DNA of 64,000 bases, taken from assembly GCA_963664875.1 (NCBI GenBank), contig OY761611.1, positions 1,600,001 through 1,664,000 on the forward strand, given 5' to 3'. The stretch is from Candidatus Kapaibacterium sp. (GTDB taxonomy: Bacteria; Bacteroidota; Ignavibacteria; Kapaibacteriales; UBA2268). The notes under the pieces are model-generated. The model was not told the DNA's origin. It saw nothing but the letters and a program-made list of their open reading frames with translations, and searched no databases. Both the position numbers and the translations under genes were made by a program. This document shows, piece after piece, positions 60,519 to 64,000 of this stretch. The stretch's first letter is position 1. Every line of letters begins with the position of its first letter.

Positions 60519-61949
60519 TTATCCGGAAATTACCACCTTCTGAGCAGCTACGAACTGACCTTCTTTATAGATAGAAAGTATATATATTCCGGAAGCCAGC
60601 TCTGAGCTTAGATTGAGTGAAACTCTATTTAGTCCGGCGGCAAGTGTTTCCGTTTGCTTAATATTGCTCTCTGAACCATCGAGTGCTGTGAGCTGCAGTG
60701 TATATTTGCCTGACTCGTTTGCCTTGATATCTATTGTTATTTCATCATCTTTGCCTGCCGGATTCGGATAAACTGCTATTTCTGATGTCAAGGGATTATG
60801 CTCGCTTACTGAGGTTGCGGGTTCGAGGGTAGCGAATTTCCCACTCCCCACCATGAAGCCTTTCGACATAGAGACTCTATCAAAATCATTAATCATACCG
60901 GCAGTTTTATTATTTGAATTCCAAACTTCTTTTACCCATGTATTCCCATAATCAGACGAATAAAATGACTGAAAAAAAGTAGAAATGAATAAGTAATCGT
61001 CAAACTTGTTCATATTAGTTATGCTTCCACAAGTAAAAGAGACAGAGTCAGTAATGACATCCATTTTACTATTGTGTCTGTTTATTTTTACCATTTGCCA
61101 ATGCGGAGTTGGCGATAATGTAGTATCGAGTCCTGTGCCGTCTGGTTTATAAACTAAAACAGTATCGAATGTATAATCAACTGATTGGGTATAAAAATAA
61201 GTATCATCAATTACATAATTTATTGATAGGCCGAGGTCATCAATTTTAAACATCTTTTGCCAATTTTTGCCTTTATCGGTACTATACATAAATAAATTAT
61301 CAGTCAGTAATTCCAACTGAGACTTAAAAGGGACTCTATGCCTCAAATGAACTAACGTATAAAGGGTATCGTTTCTCATCTTAGGAGTATAAATTATAGT
61401 ATCATCATATTGTCTCTCTTGGTTAAGCTCTATATTAATCGCCTGAAGCCTCCAAGTTTTGCCTAAATCATTACTAATTCCCATGAATTTATCTGTAGCA
61501 CTTGCAACTATAACTAAGCTGTCATACGAGTTGATTTCGTTATAAGCAAAGGAATCATCAAAATAGCTTGTATCTATCCATGACTTCCCACCATCGGTAC
61601 TTTGCAAAAAATTGTTAAAGCCACATATTGCTAAAATGTTATCCTTATCCAGATATTTGATATCAGTGATTACATATTTGTATATTTCCCAAGAATTATA
61701 ATTCAAATCTTCATAAAAGAGAGTATCCCAAGTTTGCCCATAATCATCTGTTTTTTCAATACATCTTGAATATGGATAGCTATATGTAGTTCTACTAACA
61801 ACTGCATGATTTTGATCAAGGCAGGATACCCTATTGACAGAAGCTGGGAGCACTTTTTCAGAACTCAGATGTGTAAACTTCCATTCGTAATCACTACAAA
61901 ATAGAGCAGAACAAGAGATAATAAATATAAGTAAAACTACACTCTTCAT
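60519..61949 (-). CDS. Secreted Asp-box beta-propeller-like protein with T9SS CTD (array member 4)
   Basis: Signal peptide, Asp-boxes TDDYGQTW/STDGGKSW/SNDLGKTW/SSDYGNTW, constant CTD. Confidence 0.82.
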   Translation of the reverse strand: MKSVVLLIFIISCSALFCSDYEWKFTHLSSEKVLPASVNRVSCLDQNHAVVSRTTYSYPYSRCIEKTDDYGQTWDTLFYEDLNYNSWEIYKYVITDIKYLDKDNILAICGFNNFLQSTDGGKSWIDTSYFDDSFAYNEINSYDSLVIVASATDKFMGISNDLGKTWRLQAINIELNQERQYDDTIIYTPKMRNDTLYTLVHLRHRVPFKSQLELLTDNLFMYSTDKGKNWQKMFKIDDLGLSINYVIDDTYFYTQSVDYTFDTVLVYKPDGTGLDTTLSPTPHWQMVKINRHNSKMDVITDSVSFTCGSITNMNKFDDYLFISTFFQSFYSSDYGNTWVKEVWNSNNKTAGMINDFDRVSMSKGFMVGSGKFATLEPATSVSEHNPLTSEIAVYPNPAGKDDEITIDIKANESGKYTLQLTALDGSESNIKQTETLAAGLNRVSLNLSSELASGIYILSIYKEGQFVAAQKVVISG

Positions 61950-62147
61950 GATATTGTCTCAATAAATAAGAATAAATTTGCTTTATCTACACACTAATAG
62001 TTAGAAGGTTCATATATAAATTTTTTTTGCATTTATGTTTAGAGTATTTTGTATCTCAATTCTCTATTACCATTTTTTAGCAAAAAGTTGTATCTTTGCT
62101 AATTAGGATTATGCTATTTATAATTTATCAATATATAGGTTTTTATC

Positions 62148-63500
62148 ATGGCTGATTCAAGATATAAATCGTTTAAGTACATCGAAGACCTTTATAAATT
62201 CGAAGGCGAAGTAGTTACTTTACGAGGTTGGCTTTATAACAAAACAGGCAAAGGCAAACTTCAATTCTTGCTCATGCGCGACGGCACAGGAGTGGCACAA
62301 TGTATATTGTTCAAACCAAATTTGGGCGAAGAAAAATTTGCTGAAGCTAAATCGCTTACTCAGGAATCTTCCTTCGAAGTAACCGGCAAAGTGGTTGCCA
62401 ACGAAAAAGCTCCGGGCGGATTCGAAATAGATGTGGAAGACTTCAAAGTATTTCAGATTGCAGAAGAGTACCCTATCACTCCTAAAGAGCATGGCGATTC
62501 TTTTTTAATTGAACACCGCCACCTTTGGTTGCGTTCTAAGCGCCAACATGCTATAATGAGAGTAAGAGCAGCAGTTGTAAAAGCAATTCGCGATTTCTTC
62601 GATGGCAACGGTTTCAAACTTATGGATTCTCCAATTTTGACTCCAAGCGCTTGCGAAGGCACTTCTACTTTGTTTGAGACTAACTATTTCGATCTTGGCA
62701 AAGCATATTTGTCTCAGTCAGGCCAGCTATACGCAGAAGCATCCGCTATGGCTCTCGGTAAAGTATATACATTCGGCCCTACGTTCCGTGCTGAGCAATC
62801 AAAAACAAGAAAGCATCTAACTGAGTTTTGGATGGTAGAACCTGAAATGGCTTTCTTCGATTTGAATGACGATATGGATTTGGCGGAAGATTTGGTAGAG
62901 TATATTGTTCACTATGCTGTCAAAACCTGCCAGCGCGAGCTAATTGATCTAGAAAGAGACATCACTAAATTAGAAAAAGTTGTTCGTCCTTTCAATCGCA
63001 TGAGCTACGACGACGCTGTAGATTGGTTGCAACAAAATGATATTCCTATTATCCGCAAAGTAGATGGGCAGGAAGTAAAAGAGCAGTTCCCTTGGGGTGA
63101 AGACCTTGGCACACCACAAGAAGAAGCAATAATGGAACAGTTCGACAAACCATGTATAATCCACCGCTATCCGTCTGAAGTGAAAGCATTTTACATGAAA
63201 CGCGACCCACAAAATGACAAAGTGGTATTGGCTATGGATATGCTTGCTCCTGAAAAGGCAGGAGAAATCATTGGTGGCAGTCAAAGAGAAGACAATATAG
63301 ACTTACTTTTGGAAAGAATCAGACATCATGAGCTTCCGGAAGAAGATTACAAATGGTATTTGGATTTGCGCCGCTACGGCTCAGTCCCTCACTCAGGATT
63401 TGGTCTTGGAGTAGAGCGTGTAGTCAAATGGATTACCGGTGCTAAGCACATCAGAGAGGTAATTCCAATGCCACGTATGATCCACAGGATTATCCCATAA
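62148..63500 (+). CDS. asnS: Asparagine--tRNA ligase
   Basis: OB-fold 'RDGTG', 'AYLSQSGQLYAE', 'FGPTFRAEQSKTRKHLTEFWMVEPE', 'GEIIGGSQRE', 'YGSVPHSGFGLGVER'; TATCTTTG promoter box near 62091. Confidence 0.96.
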   Translation: MADSRYKSFKYIEDLYKFEGEVVTLRGWLYNKTGKGKLQFLLMRDGTGVAQCILFKPNLGEEKFAEAKSLTQESSFEVTGKVVANEKAPGGFEIDVEDFKVFQIAEEYPITPKEHGDSFLIEHRHLWLRSKRQHAIMRVRAAVVKAIRDFFDGNGFKLMDSPILTPSACEGTSTLFETNYFDLGKAYLSQSGQLYAEASAMALGKVYTFGPTFRAEQSKTRKHLTEFWMVEPEMAFFDLNDDMDLAEDLVEYIVHYAVKTCQRELIDLERDITKLEKVVRPFNRMSYDDAVDWLQQNDIPIIRKVDGQEVKEQFPWGEDLGTPQEEAIMEQFDKPCIIHRYPSEVKAFYMKRDPQNDKVVLAMDMLAPEKAGEIIGGSQREDNIDLLLERIRHHELPEEDYKWYLDLRRYGSVPHSGFGLGVERVVKWITGAKHIREVIPMPRMIHRIIP

Positions 63501-63523
63501 TCAAATAATTTGCTACAAGAGAC

Positions 63524-63562
63524 AAAGCAGTATTTCTAAGAAAAGAGATACTGCTTTTTTTT
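63524..63562 (+). terminator. asnS terminator
   Basis: aaagcagtatttct...agagatactgctttttttt. Confidence 0.8.
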
Positions 63563-63880
63563 AAACCTTTAACAATGGTTTTGAGTTAAAACTAAATTGA
63601 AATACTTGTCAAAATTCGAGTTCGAATGTAAATCAAAAATTCTTTACAGATCATTTTATAATATGATAATAGCTATCGATTACAAATTTCACTCTATAGA
63701 TAACCTCTTGTATATGGGTTTGTCATATTGAATTACATATCAAGAGATTATATATAGTTTCTAATTTTATCTTTATTTTTATTATATTGAGATTTTGTAT
63801 TAGTAACTGATATAGTTATTTATTTATAGAAGTTTTTATAATAATGCAAAATCAAAAAATCAGTAATTGTAGGAGTACTA

Positions 63881-64000
63881 ATGAGATTAGCGATTCTTCT
63901 TCTCGGATTATTCAGTTTTGTGAACTTACAGGCTGAAAATTATTATTGGGTTGGAGGCTCAGGAGATTGGGCTGAATATTTTTATCATTGGGCATACGAA
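63881..64000 (+). CDS. N-terminus of a secreted surface protein (truncated by the window edge)
   Basis: AGGAG RBS; MRLAILLLGLFSFVNLQAENYYWVGGSGDW..., a signal peptide followed by the 'YWVGGSG.W' start seen in large FCB surface proteins. Confidence 0.7.
   Translation, partial: MRLAILLLGLFSFVNLQAENYYWVGGSGDWAEYFYHWAYE

Larger units (their letters stand above)
55886..60835 (-). repeat. Four near-identical ~315-bp direct repeats encoding the T9SS CTD (about 55886-56200, 57365-57682, 59029-59343, 60519-60835)
   Basis: Shared DNA 'ggataaactgctatttctgatgtcaa.ggattatgctcgcttactgaggttgcgggttcgagggt.gcga' and onward; identity ends abruptly at the ATLEP codons. Confidence 0.95.

Noticed and set aside
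49596-61949. Diversity-generating retroelement as the cause of paralogue variation
   Set aside because: No reverse transcriptase in the window, no non-coding template repeat, and the differences are not confined to adenines.
55886-61949. Shufflon or invertible-segment system
   Set aside because: All repeats are direct and all genes complete and co-oriented; no adjacent recombinase or inverted sites.

Overview
AT-rich bacterial chromosomal segment, most consistent with the FCB group (Kapabacteria/Ignavibacteria-like; inference). Evidence for that placement: many proteins end in type IX secretion (T9SS) C-terminal sorting domains, there are Bacteroidota-type TAnnTTTG promoter boxes, and a flagellar flhA is present. 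Most of the window is housekeeping: nuoAB, purC, rlmD, queE, bamD, adk, a znuACB-like operon, an MltD-like transglycosylase, ppx, pepF, recO, asnS, LPS glycosyltransferases and three identical tRNA-Asn genes. The most unusual region is 49.6-62 kb, which holds six paralogous ~470-aa secreted Asp-box (beta-propeller-like) T9SS proteins. Two are a recent ~95%-identical tandem pair. The other four form an array whose bodies are strongly diverged but whose ~315-bp C-terminal modules are almost identical and patchwork-recombined; two of the four also share the leader and signal peptide. This looks like a constant-frame/variable-cassette diversification locus lying between the tRNA-Asn cluster and asnS. 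Also notable: a ~200-bp element bounded by inverted repeats and carrying an inverted REP-like pair with compensatory base changes, a tyrosine recombinase homologue with a degenerate active site, an orphan flhA with a sigma-54 promoter, and several candidate structured RNAs. All calls were made by eye from motifs; no database searches were run.
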